This document shows positions 39,719-49,511 of a DNA stretch of 64,000 nucleotides, one piece after another. Position numbers and translations under genes: made by a program. Each line of letters starts with the position of its first letter. Positions within the stretch are counted from its first letter, which is position 1. The notes beneath the pieces are model-generated. The model did no database searches. It was not told where the DNA came from and saw only the letters and a list, made by a program, of their open reading frames with translations. This DNA is from Dehalococcoidia bacterium (lineage in GTDB: Bacteria; Chloroflexota; Dehalococcoidia; E44-bin15), in assembly GCA_035528575.1 (NCBI GenBank), contig DATKYK010000032.1, positions 7,163-71,162 on the forward strand, read 5' to 3'.

Positions 39719-40921
39719 ATGTCAAAGAAACTCTTTGAGCGAACCAAGCCCCATGTTAATGTGGGGACCATCGGTCACGTCGATCACGGCAAGACCACAC
39801 TGACCGCAGCGATAACCAAGATACTAGCCAGTGCGGGCATCACTAAGTATCGCGCCTTCGACTCCATCGATAATGCCCCTGAAGAGAAGGCCCGGGGGTT
39901 GACCATCGCCATCGCTCATATCGAGTATGAGACGGAGAAGCGCCACTACGCACACGTCGATTGCCCCGGCCACGCTGACTATATCAAGAACATGATCACC
40001 GGGGCAGCTCAAATGGACGGCGCCATCCTGGTGATCGCTGCCGATGATGGGGTGATGCCGCAGACGAGGGAGCACCTACTGCTGGCACACCAGGTAGAGG
40101 TGCCCTATATTATTTGCTGCATAAACAAGGTGGATTTGGTGGATGACGAGGAGCTTTTAGAGGTGAGCGAGCTCGAGTTGCAGGAGGAAGTGCTGCCCCA
40201 TTACGGCTTCCCCGGCAAGGAGGTACCGATAGTAAGGGTGAGTGCCTTAAAGGCACTGGAGTGTGGCTGCGGCAAGCGGGAGTGTCAGTGGTGCGGCCTT
40301 ATCTGGAAGCTACTGGATACCCTGGACGACTACATCCCCACCCCGGCGCGAGACAAGGACAAGCCCTTCCTCATGCCCATCGAGGACGTCTTCAGCATCA
40401 AGGGGCGGGGGACGGTGGCCACCGGACGGGTGGAGCGCGGGGTGATAAAGCCGGGGGAGGAGGTGGATATCGTGGGGCTCAGAGATACCCGCAGGGCTGT
40501 GGTCACCAGCGTGGAGATGTTCCACAAGACCCTCGCCGATGGGGAGCCCGGTGATGCCGTCGGCTGCCTGCTCCGCGGGGTGGAAAGGGAGGATATATTG
40601 CGGGGCATGGTGCTGGCAGCCAAGGGATCGATTAAGCCACACACCGACGCCGAGGCTGAGATATACGTCCTCACCAAGGAGGAGGGAGGCAGGCACACCC
40701 CATTCTTCACCGGCTACAAGCCTCAGTTCTTCATCAGAACAACCGACGTAACCGGAAGCATCGAGCTGCCCCAGGGTGTAGAGATGGTGATGCCCGGCGA
40801 TAATATCAAGATGAAGGTGAAGCTCATCGAGCCTGTTGCCATGGAGGAGGGGCTGAGGTTCGCCGTCAGAGAGGGTGGCCGCACCGTAGGTGCTGGCGTG
40901 ATCACCAAGACTATAGACTAG
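39719..40921 (+). CDS. tuf: elongation factor Tu
   Basis: 400-aa ORF with [22 protein letters not shown] and full EF-Tu domains II and III. Confidence 0.98.
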   Translation: MSKKLFERTKPHVNVGTIGHVDHGKTTLTAAITKILASAGITKYRAFDSIDNAPEEKARGLTIAIAHIEYETEKRHYAHVDCPGHADYIKNMITGAAQMDGAILVIAADDGVMPQTREHLLLAHQVEVPYIICCINKVDLVDDEELLEVSELELQEEVLPHYGFPGKEVPIVRVSALKALECGCGKRECQWCGLIWKLLDTLDDYIPTPARDKDKPFLMPIEDVFSIKGRGTVATGRVERGVIKPGEEVDIVGLRDTRRAVVTSVEMFHKTLADGEPGDAVGCLLRGVEREDILRGMVLAAKGSIKPHTDAEAEIYVLTKEEGGRHTPFFTGYKPQFFIRTTDVTGSIELPQGVEMVMPGDNIKMKVKLIEPVAMEEGLRFAVREGGRTVGAGVITKTID

Positions 40922-40932
40922 GGTAATATAGA

Positions 40933-41100
40933 TTGGCTAAGAAGGGAACTGCCCGGATTATAATTCATCTCGCCTGCACCGAGTGCAAGGACCGGACATA
41001 TACCACCAGCAAGAACAAAAGGAACGATCCGGAGCGGCTGGAGCTGAAGAGGTATTGCCCCCGCTGTCGCACCCACCAGGTCTATCGAGAGGTGCGCTAG
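40933..41100 (+). CDS. rpmG: 50S ribosomal protein L33
   Basis: 55-aa ORF, below the track cutoff, with a TTG start: [55 protein letters not shown]. In the canonical tuf-rpmG-secE position. Confidence 0.85.
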   Translation: MAKKGTARIIIHLACTECKDRTYTTSKNKRNDPERLELKRYCPRCRTHQVYREVR

Positions 41101-41101
41101 G

Positions 41102-41326
41102 ATGAGAAGGCAGGCTACGGCGGGAGGGTCGGTATTCCCCCGGATTCGTAGGTATATCGCTGAGGTCGTCGCTGAGCTAAAGAAGGTAACCTGGCCTACC
41201 AGAGAGGAAGCAAAGCGGCTCACCAAAATGGTTCTCATAATCGCCGGTGCGATAGGGCTTATTCTGGGGACGTTCGATTACGGCTTCACTCATCTTATGG
41301 ACTGGATAGTAAGCATAGGAGGATGA
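41102..41326 (+). CDS. secE: preprotein translocase subunit SecE
   Basis: 74-aa ORF with the motif ELKKVTWPTREE followed by a single TM helix. Confidence 0.9.
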   Translation: MRRQATAGGSVFPRIRRYIAEVVAELKKVTWPTREEAKRLTKMVLIIAGAIGLILGTFDYGFTHLMDWIVSIGG

Positions 41327-41433
41327 GGCAGGGAGAAGCGGGAAACAAACCCTGGTGAGGGGTTTTCCTTTTGTCCCGAATTTTTTCGTTCTCCTCGATC
41401 CGTTAACCAAGATCGAGCTCCAATTTCAAGGCA

Positions 41434-42012
41434 ATGGCTGAAAAAGAACGTGGGTTAAAGCGCAAACAAGGGAGAGAGATGGTAGAGGATGAGCGGAGAT
41501 GGTATGTGATTCATACCTACTCCGGATACGAGCACAGGGTTCAGACCAACCTGGAGCACCGTGTCAGTTCGATGGATGCCCAGGATAAGATCTTTCAGGT
41601 GGTCATCCCCACAGAGAATGAGATCGAGATAAAGCATGGGCAAAAAAGGACAGTGGCCAAGAAGGTCTTTCCCGGCTACATCCTAGTAGAGCTGATGCTC
41701 GACGATGAGAGCTGGAATGTAGTGCGTAATACACCAGGGGTTACCGGCTTCGTGGGCTCCGGTGTAAAGCCAACCCCCCTGAATGACGAAGAGGTTAACA
41801 CTATCTTCAACCAGATGAAGGCTGATACGCCACGGGTTAAGGTTGGCTTCCACCCGGGTGAGAGCGTGCGGGTGGTAGATGGCCCCTTTATTGACTTCAT
41901 CGGGGTGGTCGATCATATCAATGCGGAGAAGGGCAAGGTAACGGTGCTCATCTCCTTCTTCGGGCGGGAGACGCCGGTAGAGCTCGACTTCCTACAGGTG
42001 GAGAGGATTTGA
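41434..42012 (+). CDS. nusG: transcription termination/antitermination factor NusG
   Basis: 192-aa ORF with NGN motif WYVIHTYSGYE and a KOW region (GESVRVVDGPFIDFIGVV). A later Met start cannot be excluded. Confidence 0.95.
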   Translation: MAEKERGLKRKQGREMVEDERRWYVIHTYSGYEHRVQTNLEHRVSSMDAQDKIFQVVIPTENEIEIKHGQKRTVAKKVFPGYILVELMLDDESWNVVRNTPGVTGFVGSGVKPTPLNDEEVNTIFNQMKADTPRVKVGFHPGESVRVVDGPFIDFIGVVDHINAEKGKVTVLISFFGRETPVELDFLQVERI

Positions 42013-42043
42013 AAACACGAAATTTTTTCATTGAGGCAAGGGA

Positions 42044-42466
42044 TTGGCTAAAAAGATAACGACGGTGATAAAGCTCCAGCTCCCCGCGGGGCAGGCAAGC
42101 CCAGCCCCGCCGGTGGGCCCTATCCTGGGGCAGTATGGCTGCAACATCATGGCCTTCTGCAAGGAGTACAACGAGCGCACCTCCTCCCAGGCAGGTTCCA
42201 TTGTCCCTGCGGAGATTACCGTATATGCCGACCGCTCTTTCAGCTTTAACCTCAAGACCCCGCCGGTCGCCGACCTGCTGCGGAGAGCGCTCAGCGTGGA
42301 GAAGGGGAGCGGCGTGCCCAACATGGAAAAGATCGGCACGCTGCCCAGGGAGAAGCTTCAGGAGATCGCCAGGCTTAAGATGAAGGACCTCAATGCCGCC
42401 GACATGGATGGTGCACTGCGGATGATAGAGGGCACGGCAAGGAGCATGGGGATCGAGGTGGAATAA
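42044..42466 (+). CDS. rplK: 50S ribosomal protein L11
   Basis: 140-aa ORF with a TTG start and the motifs [23 protein letters not shown]. Confidence 0.95.
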   Translation: MAKKITTVIKLQLPAGQASPAPPVGPILGQYGCNIMAFCKEYNERTSSQAGSIVPAEITVYADRSFSFNLKTPPVADLLRRALSVEKGSGVPNMEKIGTLPREKLQEIARLKMKDLNAADMDGALRMIEGTARSMGIEVE

Positions 42467-43179
42467 TGGCCAAGCACGGCAAACACTATAAGGATGCTAC
42501 TAAGCTGGTGGAGCGTACCAGGGAGTACGACCCTCAAGAGGCCATCGCGCTGGCAAAGCAGGCAGCCTATGCCAATTTCGATGAAACGGTGGAGCTTCAC
42601 CTCCATATGGGTCTCGACCCCCGCCATGCCGACCAGCAGGTGAGAGGGGTCGCCAGCCTCCCTCATGGACTGGGCAAGCAGGTCAGAGTACTGGTGTTCA
42701 CCCAGGGAGAGGGGGTGAGGACCGCCGAGGAGGGAGGGGCGGAGCATGTGGGCTGCGACGACCTGGTGAAGCGCATCGAGGACGGGTGGCTGGAATTCGA
42801 TGTCGCCATCGCCACCCCCGATGTCATGAACAAGGTCTCCAAGCTGGGCAAGATCCTGGGACGTCGGGGACTGATGCCCAATCCAAAGTCGGGAACCATC
42901 GTACCACCCCAGGACCTGCCCCGCGCTATAAGCGATGCCCGAAAGGGACGGGTCGATTTCAGGATAGACAAGACAGCGGTGATCCACCTCCCCGTGGGCA
43001 AGCTGAGCTTCGACAACGATAAGCTGCAGGAGAATCTGGCAACCCTGATCGAGACCGTGATGAGAGCCAAGCCCAGCGGGTCCAAGGGTCAATATATAAG
43101 GAGCGCCACGCTCTGCACATCGATGGGGCCGGGGATCAATCTCGACCTGAAGCCAACCATGGAGCTGCGCGCTCCGTAA
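42466..43179 (+). CDS. rplA: 50S ribosomal protein L1
   Basis: 237-aa ORF with L1 motifs (FDETVELHLHMGLDPRHADQQVRG, GKILGRRGLMPNPKSGT). Confidence 0.95.
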   Translation: MAKHGKHYKDATKLVERTREYDPQEAIALAKQAAYANFDETVELHLHMGLDPRHADQQVRGVASLPHGLGKQVRVLVFTQGEGVRTAEEGGAEHVGCDDLVKRIEDGWLEFDVAIATPDVMNKVSKLGKILGRRGLMPNPKSGTIVPPQDLPRAISDARKGRVDFRIDKTAVIHLPVGKLSFDNDKLQENLATLIETVMRAKPSGSKGQYIRSATLCTSMGPGINLDLKPTMELRAP

Positions 43180-43192
43180 AGAAAAGAGGTAA

Positions 43193-43402
43193 GTGATGCA
43201 GCGGAATGAAGGGTCCGTTGACCGAATTGTGCGGCTGGTTCTGGGTGCAGTAGCGCTGATTCTGGCATTTCTCATTCTCGATGCGGGTAGCGGGGCAGTG
43301 GGAGGGGTGGTGCTGGCGGTTATTGGAGCGATAATACTGCTCACTGCAGCGACAGGATGCTGTCTGCTGTACAATTTATTTCACTTTTCAACAATAAAAT
43401 AG
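43193..43402 (+). CDS. DUF2892 (YgaP C-terminal-like) small membrane protein
   Basis: 69-aa ORF with the DR.VR...G pattern and two TM helices ending in ..GCC.LY. Inserted between rplA and rplJ. An ATG at 43196 is an alternative start. Confidence 0.7.
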   Translation: MMQRNEGSVDRIVRLVLGAVALILAFLILDAGSGAVGGVVLAVIGAIILLTAATGCCLLYNLFHFSTIK

Positions 43403-43578
43403 CAGGCGTGCCCAAGTGCCATAGAAAGCGGGTGCCTTTAGGGCTTAATATCTGCCCGCCCAGGCGAAAGGGAGAGTCCCTGGGTCTATGGCGCAGGGAC
43501 TTTTTTCGTCCCTTTCGTCTGCCTTTTTAAAAAAAGATGCGCCTCCGAAAATCGCTGCGGAAAAGTCCGCAAAGATAA

Positions 43579-43617
43579 GGGGATTTGGGGGTTCACTAAT
43601 ACTATTTCAGCAATCTC
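43579..43617 (+). repeat. partial copy of the dispersed repeat (right arm only)
   Basis: GGGGATTTGGGGGTTCACTAATACTATTTCAGCAATCTC matches the GGGGGTTGATTGAG..TATTTCAGCAGTCTC arm. Lies in the rplJ leader region. Confidence 0.6.
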
Positions 43618-43650
43618 TAAATATATATAACAAAGTTTAAGGGGTGAGAT

Positions 43651-44175
43651 ATGCGTCTAGAGGAGAAGAAGCAGGCAGTTAGCGAGCTTGCCCAGAAGCT
43701 TGAGCGCTCCAGTATAGTCATCACCACCAGCTATCGCGGGATCACGGTGGCGGAGATGACCGAGCTGCGGCGTAGACTGCGCCAGAAGGAGATCGAATAC
43801 CGGGTGATCAAGAATACCCTGGCTGGTTTTGCCGCAGAGCAGGCGGGCAAGGCAGAGCTCAGCAGTATCATCGAGGGACCGACCGCGCTCGCCTTCGGCT
43901 ATGGCGACATGGTGGTGCCGGCCAGGGCGCTAACCGATTACATCCGCTCCGCTAAAAGCCAGCTCAGGATTACTGGTGGGCTGGTGGAGCAGCGGGTGCT
44001 CAGCGCCGCTGAGGTAGCAACTCTAGCTACCCTGCCCCCGAAGGAGGTGCTGATCGCCAGGCTGCTCATCGGGATGCAGGGGAGCATCCTGGCCCTGGTC
44101 AATGTGCTCAATGCAAACCTGACAGGCCTTATAAACGTGCTGGTTGCACGCAGAAATCAATTGGAAGGAGGATAA
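43651..44175 (+). CDS. rplJ: 50S ribosomal protein L10
   Basis: 174-aa ORF with L10 pattern ([26 protein letters not shown]). Confidence 0.93.
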   Translation: MRLEEKKQAVSELAQKLERSSIVITTSYRGITVAEMTELRRRLRQKEIEYRVIKNTLAGFAAEQAGKAELSSIIEGPTALAFGYGDMVVPARALTDYIRSAKSQLRITGGLVEQRVLSAAEVATLATLPPKEVLIARLLIGMQGSILALVNVLNANLTGLINVLVARRNQLEGG

Positions 44176-44176
44176 A

Positions 44177-44776
44177 ATGACTGAGGAGCAAAAGCAGATA
44201 GTCGAAGCGAAGGTAGAGGAGAAGGCGGAGGAGACGGTCGAGGTCAAAGCGGAGGAGAAGACAGAGAAGCCGAAAAGGCAGAAGGCAAAGGCTGAAGCAG
44301 AGGCTAAGGCGGAGGAGAAACCAGAAGAGCCCAAAAAGCAGAAGGAGACCGGAAAGGCGGCGCCTAAGCCTGCCGCGGCCAGGGAAGGGAGAGCGATGAC
44401 CAAAGATGAGCTCATCGCTGCCATCAAGAACATGACCGTGCTTGATCTCAGCGAGTTGGTCAAGGCACTGGAGGCGGAGTTCGGCGTCAGCGCTGCCGCT
44501 CCGGTGGCGGTAGCAGCATCCGCCGCTTCTACCGAAGAGGCCGCACCCGCTGAGGAGGAGGAGAAGGTAGAATTCACCGTTACGCTCAAAGCTGTCGGCC
44601 CCAACAAGATCAGTGTGATCAAGACGGTGCGTGAGGTAACCGGCCTGGGGCTAAAAGAATCTAAGGACCTGGTGGAGGCTGCCCCCACAACGGTGAAGGA
44701 GAGCGTTAGCAAAGAGGAGTCCGCCACGATAAAGGAGAAGCTGGAGGCCACCGGCGCCACCGTCGAGGTCAAATAG
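44177..44776 (+). CDS. rplL: 50S ribosomal protein L7/L12, possibly with a 73-aa Lys/Glu/Ala-rich N-terminal extension
   Basis: The canonical L12 sequence begins at the Met at 44396 ([31 protein letters not shown] ... [14 protein letters not shown]). The frame is open back to an ATG at 44177, which lies 2 nt after the rplJ stop and 7 nt after GGAGG. The conservative coordinates are 44396-44776. Confidence 0.85.
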   Translation: MTEEQKQIVEAKVEEKAEETVEVKAEEKTEKPKRQKAKAEAEAKAEEKPEEPKKQKETGKAAPKPAAAREGRAMTKDELIAAIKNMTVLDLSELVKALEAEFGVSAAAPVAVAASAASTEEAAPAEEEEKVEFTVTLKAVGPNKISVIKTVREVTGLGLKESKDLVEAAPTTVKESVSKEESATIKEKLEATGATVEVK

Positions 44777-44805
44777 CTGATAAAAGATAGAAAGGGGTTG
44801 CGAAA

Positions 44806-45117
44806 ATGACGGTAAAGATTGTCATAGAACGAACGGCAAAGCCGGACCAGCAAGGCGAGCTGCTTCTGCTACTTAGGGAACTGCGGGCGCACGCCATCCA
44901 ACAGCCGGGCTATATATCGGGAGAAACGCTGACCTCGGTGGATAGATCTGGAATGCATCTGGTCATCAGCACGTGGCACAGCCTGCAGGACTGGAGAGCC
45001 TGGGAGAACAACCCCCAGCGGACGAAGATCTCAGCCCAGATCGAGCCCCTGCTGACCAACCCGTCAAAAGTGGGCGTTTACGTGGAACCATGGGCCTCGC
45101 TGCCTGAAGGTATCTGA
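44806..45117 (+). CDS. antibiotic-biosynthesis-monooxygenase (ABM/Dabb) domain protein
   Basis: 103-aa ORF with the pattern GYISGETL........VISTWHSLQDWRAWENNPQR, typical of ABM ferredoxin-like domains. Confidence 0.7.
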   Translation: MTVKIVIERTAKPDQQGELLLLLRELRAHAIQQPGYISGETLTSVDRSGMHLVISTWHSLQDWRAWENNPQRTKISAQIEPLLTNPSKVGVYVEPWASLPEGI

Positions 45118-45546
45118 AGTGGTGCTGAGGTGCGGAGCTGTGGTAGAATATCACATCCGGATCAAGCGGTGAGCGGGGCGTGTATCAATCCAGGGAAGCT
45201 CAGCTCAGGGCGTAGCTTTAGCTTGCACGGAGGCTGAGCTTCACCCAGCCCGAACCGGAGGACATCGCCGTGACCGGGCAGATCGCAGCCGTGGTGATTG
45301 TGCTGGACCACATGATAATCGGCGGAAAGTGCCATTCGAGCCTTAGAGCGCAGGGGGACGGCACTAAATAGGACAAAAGAGATGGCTTTTTAAACACGAC
45401 CTTCTCATTACAGTGGAGAAGTTGGCCCGTTGGAAAGCCTATCTTAAGCCCAGTAGTAGAGCCATTACTACAGCAATTTTGGCAGCCTGGTCGGGGGAAT
45501 TTATTCAAGTTTTAGCTTCATGCAACAGGCCTAGAAGGATGAGAAA

Positions 45547-46986
45547 ATGGTAAAGAAAAAGGTGCTTCTGACCGGCGCATCGGGCTCTATGGGCGGTGAA
45601 GCCTTCAAAGAGCTACTCAGGAGAAGAGATCGCTACGACACCGTGCTTCTGCTCAGACCCTCCAAGAAAAACAGGAAGGCCTTTGCCAAGTATGAGGGGC
45701 AGGAAGGATTGACGATAGTGTGGGGAGACCTATGCAACTTCAATGACGTCCTGCAGGCGGTTAACGGAGTAGATCACGTCCTCCATCCGGCAGCGTTCAT
45801 CTCCCCGGCGGCGGATTACAACCCGCCAATGTGTAGAAAGATAAATACAGGGGGCACCGAAAATATCGTTGAAGCGATCAAGAGGCAGCCAGACAATGGC
45901 GACAATGTCCGGCTGGTAAGCATCGGGTCCGTCGCCGAATACGGAGACCGCCTTCCACCGGTTCAATGGATGAAGGTCGGCGACCCCCTCCAACCAAGCG
46001 TTGGTGACTACTACGCCACAACGAAAATGGGTGCGGAGAGAGCGGTTATAGAATCGGGCTTAAGATACTGGGCCATAATGCGGCAGACCTTTATCGCCAT
46101 CCCTGCTGTATTCTCTCTTATGGATCCCATCATGTACCACCAGCCCCTCAATACCCACATCGAACTTATAACCGGCGAGGACGCAGGATACGGGCTGGTC
46201 CAGACCATGGAGTGCCCCGATGATTTCTACGGCAGGGTATACAATATGGGAGGTGGCCCCTCATGCAGGATGCTCTATAGCGACTATCTAAGGGAATTCA
46301 TGAAAATCTTCGGTCTGGGGGATTACCGAAAGATACTGCCCCGCAACTGGTTCGCTATAAGGAACTTCCACTGTGGCTGGTATGAGGACAGCTGGATCCT
46401 CAACAAGTACCTGGGGCACTGGCGGCAGTCATTCGAGGACCAGTTGAAGCAAGTGGAAGGTGCCGCCCCGTGGTATTTGAAACATGGTGGAAAGCTCGCC
46501 CCTGCTTTCATAGTGAGAGCATTTATGAAGAGAATGGCGGACCCATTGAAATGGATAAAAAGCAACGATAAAGAGAAGATCTGCGCCTTTTTTGGCAGCC
46601 GCCAGGCGTGGGAGAACATCCCCGGCTGGGACGAGTATGTTGTTGAAGAAGAGGACAAGGAACGGCAAACCAGGGAAGACCCTCTAACCAAAGAGTATAC
46701 GCTAGTAGATATGCAGGCGCTGGCTAATTCAAGGGGCGGCAAGTGCCTGTCAACGGAGTATACCGATATAAAATCGAAGCTCAACTGGAAATGCGGCTTC
46801 GGACACGATTTTGATGGTACCCCCAGGCTTATTCTATCAGGGCACTGGTGCCCTGAGTGTGTGCCCCCGCCGTGGAACTGGGATGCCGTCGCCAGGGTCG
46901 ACCCTGCCATAGCCGATTTCTATTACCACAACCACGATAAAGACGAATCTCAATGTGTTGAGTATTTATACTGCCCCCACGAATGA
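45547..46986 (+). CDS. NAD-dependent epimerase/dehydratase-family (extended SDR) protein with C-terminal zinc-ribbon-like extension
   Basis: 479-aa ORF with N-terminus VLLTGASGSMGG and YxxxK (YYATTKMG). The C-terminal roughly 100 aa carries ..GGKCLSTEY..LNWKCGFGHDF......GHWCPEC. Confidence 0.8.
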   Translation: MVKKKVLLTGASGSMGGEAFKELLRRRDRYDTVLLLRPSKKNRKAFAKYEGQEGLTIVWGDLCNFNDVLQAVNGVDHVLHPAAFISPAADYNPPMCRKINTGGTENIVEAIKRQPDNGDNVRLVSIGSVAEYGDRLPPVQWMKVGDPLQPSVGDYYATTKMGAERAVIESGLRYWAIMRQTFIAIPAVFSLMDPIMYHQPLNTHIELITGEDAGYGLVQTMECPDDFYGRVYNMGGGPSCRMLYSDYLREFMKIFGLGDYRKILPRNWFAIRNFHCGWYEDSWILNKYLGHWRQSFEDQLKQVEGAAPWYLKHGGKLAPAFIVRAFMKRMADPLKWIKSNDKEKICAFFGSRQAWENIPGWDEYVVEEEDKERQTREDPLTKEYTLVDMQALANSRGGKCLSTEYTDIKSKLNWKCGFGHDFDGTPRLILSGHWCPECVPPPWNWDAVARVDPAIADFYYHNHDKDESQCVEYLYCPHE

Positions 46987-46991
46987 TATAG

Positions 46992-47576
46992 ATGCCTTAC
47001 ACAAGCTATCGCCGTTATGCCGAGGCCCCCATACTTTTCCTGATAGCCTTAAACGTCGTACTATATATAGCGACACTTGCCGACCCTGACCTCCTCTACA
47101 CCCTCGGCCTGCAGCCGTCAACCTGGATGGAAAGGCCCTGGACCTTAATAACCAACCTCTTCGTCCACGGTGGCCTATGGCACATCGCAGCCAACATGCT
47201 AACCCTGTACTTTTTCGGAAGGTACCTCTGCATGATGGTCGGAGACGCCCGGTTCCTCACCCTTTACTTCCTCGGCGGGATAGCGGGCAACTTCCTTTAC
47301 ATACTGCTGTCCTCATCCAACGCCTGGGTTATAGGCGCATCCGGGGCCATCTTTGCCATAGCCGGGGCACTTACCGTGATGGCACCGAAGATGAGAGTTT
47401 TTATATTCCCCATACCGGCCCCCCTCCCCCTATGGGTAGCGGTCATCGGCGGCTTCGTCGTGCTCTCCTTTTTCCCCAACGTGGCGTGGCAGGGTCACCT
47501 CGGCGGCCTCGCCATAGGCCTGGCAGCGGGCTATTTCTTCAAAAGTCGCAAGCGTAACATGCCGTTCTTCCGCTAG
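46992..47576 (+). CDS. rhomboid-family intramembrane serine protease
   Basis: 194-aa polytopic ORF with HGGLWHIAANM, catalytic GASGAIFA and a downstream H (AWQGHLGG). Confidence 0.88.
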   Translation: MPYTSYRRYAEAPILFLIALNVVLYIATLADPDLLYTLGLQPSTWMERPWTLITNLFVHGGLWHIAANMLTLYFFGRYLCMMVGDARFLTLYFLGGIAGNFLYILLSSSNAWVIGASGAIFAIAGALTVMAPKMRVFIFPIPAPLPLWVAVIGGFVVLSFFPNVAWQGHLGGLAIGLAAGYFFKSRKRNMPFFR

Positions 47577-47592
47577 TCCCCATCATGCTGAA
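47505..47592 (+). repeat. direct repeat, left copy (3-prime end of the rhomboid gene plus 16 nt)
   Basis: 88 bp aligning without gaps to 50163-50250. I counted about 15 mismatches by eye. Confidence 0.8.
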
Positions 47593-47837
47593 CCTGGGCC
47601 GTGACCCGGCTACAGGTATATTTAAGCCCAATGTCGGAGTTAGCCTCGAAACGTTACGCAAATATCCAGACTTTTTCGGTATCTATAAAGAGGCATTCTT
47701 TTGAAAAACGCTCGATTTATACGTAAAATACAGTTGTGCGAATCCAGCCAGCTTCATTAGTGTTAGAGCTATTGGAATGGAGTGAAGATACCGCCTTGTC
47801 AATTAATACGACCGCATTCACCGATATACATTCAAAG

Positions 47838-48704
47838 TTACCGATCTATCTTGTCATTAGCAAGTTTGTAATCTGAAAAATCTGAAATGTAATCGACCTT
47901 GCTTTTATTTCTAATTAAGGTCGCAAAATCCCTAATCATCATTCGTTCAATCTGAACACGAAATCGTGATAAGCTATCAGGTAAAACATCATATCGGAAA
48001 TAATTCCAATCCTTTATCGAAGGATATGGTCGAGATAATCGTTCTATAAGGTCTTGCGCCTCACCAATATATAACAGCCTTTGCTCTGTATCTAACAGCA
48101 TGTAAATGACATTTCCAGCCCCTAATTCATACTGTAATTCTTCCCTCTGCCTCCAATCCTGTTTATAAATGCGGTCGCTGCCTTTATCTTCCAACTCATC
48201 AGATATTTGTTTTATTGCTGGTGACCCAATTAATCGTTTAAAAAGATTGGGGAAACTTGGTTTCTGTGTGTAATAGCTAACGAATCGAAATTGCTTTTCA
48301 TCTTGGTCGTATTCGATATCAAGAAACTCCCAGAATGGAATACTATCTTCTACATCAGTATTATCCTCTGTGGAAAGCTTCTGTTCGAGGGATCTCATGT
48401 AGCTCATTAAAAAGGTATTCTTTAGCTTTAGTGATAACTCTTCATCGAAAAAGAGTTGGTATACGGTACTTCTTGCTTGCTCATATGTAACTATCTTAAC
48501 CCAACCGTCATATTTCTTGTTAATATACTTTATGGTCACGTCTACGCCTGTACTACGTTTGTGGGAGGTATGCTTAAAAAGCTCAGGTATCCCCCACAGT
48601 TTGCAAACCCAATTAGGAATTGTCGTCCCATTGTATTCGAACAAAGACTTATCGACTTTCTTCCGCCACATTGGGTAGTCTATATTCGATCTTTCACGTC
48701 TCAT
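47838..48704 (-). CDS. GIY-YIG nuclease-domain protein with N-terminal B3/EcoRII-N-like putative DNA-binding domain (islet gene C)
   Basis: Start set at the ATG 9 nt after GGAGGG (MRRERSNIDY..); the ORF is open to 48839. C-terminus: NVIYMLLDTEQRLLYIGEAQDLIERL ... RVQIERMMIRDF (GIY-x10-YIG, Arg, Glu). N-terminus: SLFEYNGTTIPNWVCKLWGIP...VDVTIKYINKKYDGWVKIV..VYQLFF resembles a pseudobarrel DNA-binding pattern. Confidence 0.7.
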   Translation of the reverse strand: MRRERSNIDYPMWRKKVDKSLFEYNGTTIPNWVCKLWGIPELFKHTSHKRSTGVDVTIKYINKKYDGWVKIVTYEQARSTVYQLFFDEELSLKLKNTFLMSYMRSLEQKLSTEDNTDVEDSIPFWEFLDIEYDQDEKQFRFVSYYTQKPSFPNLFKRLIGSPAIKQISDELEDKGSDRIYKQDWRQREELQYELGAGNVIYMLLDTEQRLLYIGEAQDLIERLSRPYPSIKDWNYFRYDVLPDSLSRFRVQIERMMIRDFATLIRNKSKVDYISDFSDYKLANDKIDR

Positions 48705-48826
48705 TCTGCAATTCCCTCCGTTTACCCCGCCCGTTGTCCTTGCATTCTTATTGTTCTTTGTATTCTGGTGATACGGTACAGCGTGGCCTCGCCGGTTACC
48801 ATTGACAAGGCCAACGTTTGAACTTG

Positions 48827-49474
48827 TCAGCTTACCCAAATGTTTAATTGGCTTCTAAACTGGAGGAATTTCTCGGCGATTGCGTCTCCGACATAGATAA
48901 AATAATTCGCATCTGAAAAATCGCAGAAGTAGTCATGACTCTCTAAGAATTTACCACGCGCAATGCTTGCGTGTAGCAGTGGAATGATGTTTGTAACTGT
49001 TGGATCGAATGATTCAATTGCATCTCTAAACTGTTCACCAAGTGTCCGCGTGTTCCAAGATTTATAAGGAGCATGTTTCCCTGAACTCGTTGCCCGCCTC
49101 GTGAACTCTAATGAAAAAGCACCGAAGCAGAAGATTACTTGCGGATTATGCGTTTGCACATCAGTGTTGAAATCTTTTACAGCTTGTTGTAAATATTCAG
49201 ACCATAGGAGGTCTAGCTGGGCTGGTTTGTATTGGGTATTCTGTATTGCGTTTCTCACATAGAATTTGCTCTGGTCAATATGGAGCTTGGCTGCTTCAAA
49301 TACCTTATCTTGGATTTCGAGCAAGATGGGCGTCCAAATGTTGTGTCGAGCTGGATGACGTGAATCAAGTGGTTCTTGGAGCCTGCTCTCCCAGTTCTTA
49401 GGGTTAGAATCTCCCACGAGCCATATTGCGCTTTTAGTATCGCCTTGTGCTCTGGCCATCATCTTTTGAACCAT
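48827..49474 (-). CDS. divergent uracil-DNA-glycosylase-superfamily-like protein (islet gene B)
   Basis: 215-aa ORF. Motif order fits the UDG fold: IWLVGDSNP (position of GEAPG motif A), FYVRNAIQN (Asn strand), PQVIFCFGAFS (central strand), IIPLLHASIARG (position of HPS motif B). Confidence 0.6.
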   Translation of the reverse strand: MVQKMMARAQGDTKSAIWLVGDSNPKNWESRLQEPLDSRHPARHNIWTPILLEIQDKVFEAAKLHIDQSKFYVRNAIQNTQYKPAQLDLLWSEYLQQAVKDFNTDVQTHNPQVIFCFGAFSLEFTRRATSSGKHAPYKSWNTRTLGEQFRDAIESFDPTVTNIIPLLHASIARGKFLESHDYFCDFSDANYFIYVGDAIAEKFLQFRSQLNIWVS

Positions 49475-49511
49475 AATATTAACCTCACGAGTTCCATTTT
49501 TATATTAGGTG

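Noticed and set aside
39289-39771. 160-aa minus-strand ORF as given in the track.
   Set aside because: Its 5-prime third runs through tRNA-Thr(GGU) and the tuf start. Only the part downstream of the internal Met (39597) is considered, and then only as a possible recombinase fragment.
42358-43374. 338-aa minus-strand ORF across rplK, rplA and the DUF2892 gene.
   Set aside because: It is antisense to ribosomal protein genes and has no motifs.
44023-44853. 276-aa minus-strand ORF rich in Ser/Ala/Phe.
   Set aside because: It is antisense to rplJ/rplL. Its repetitive composition mirrors the KE-rich plus-strand sequence.
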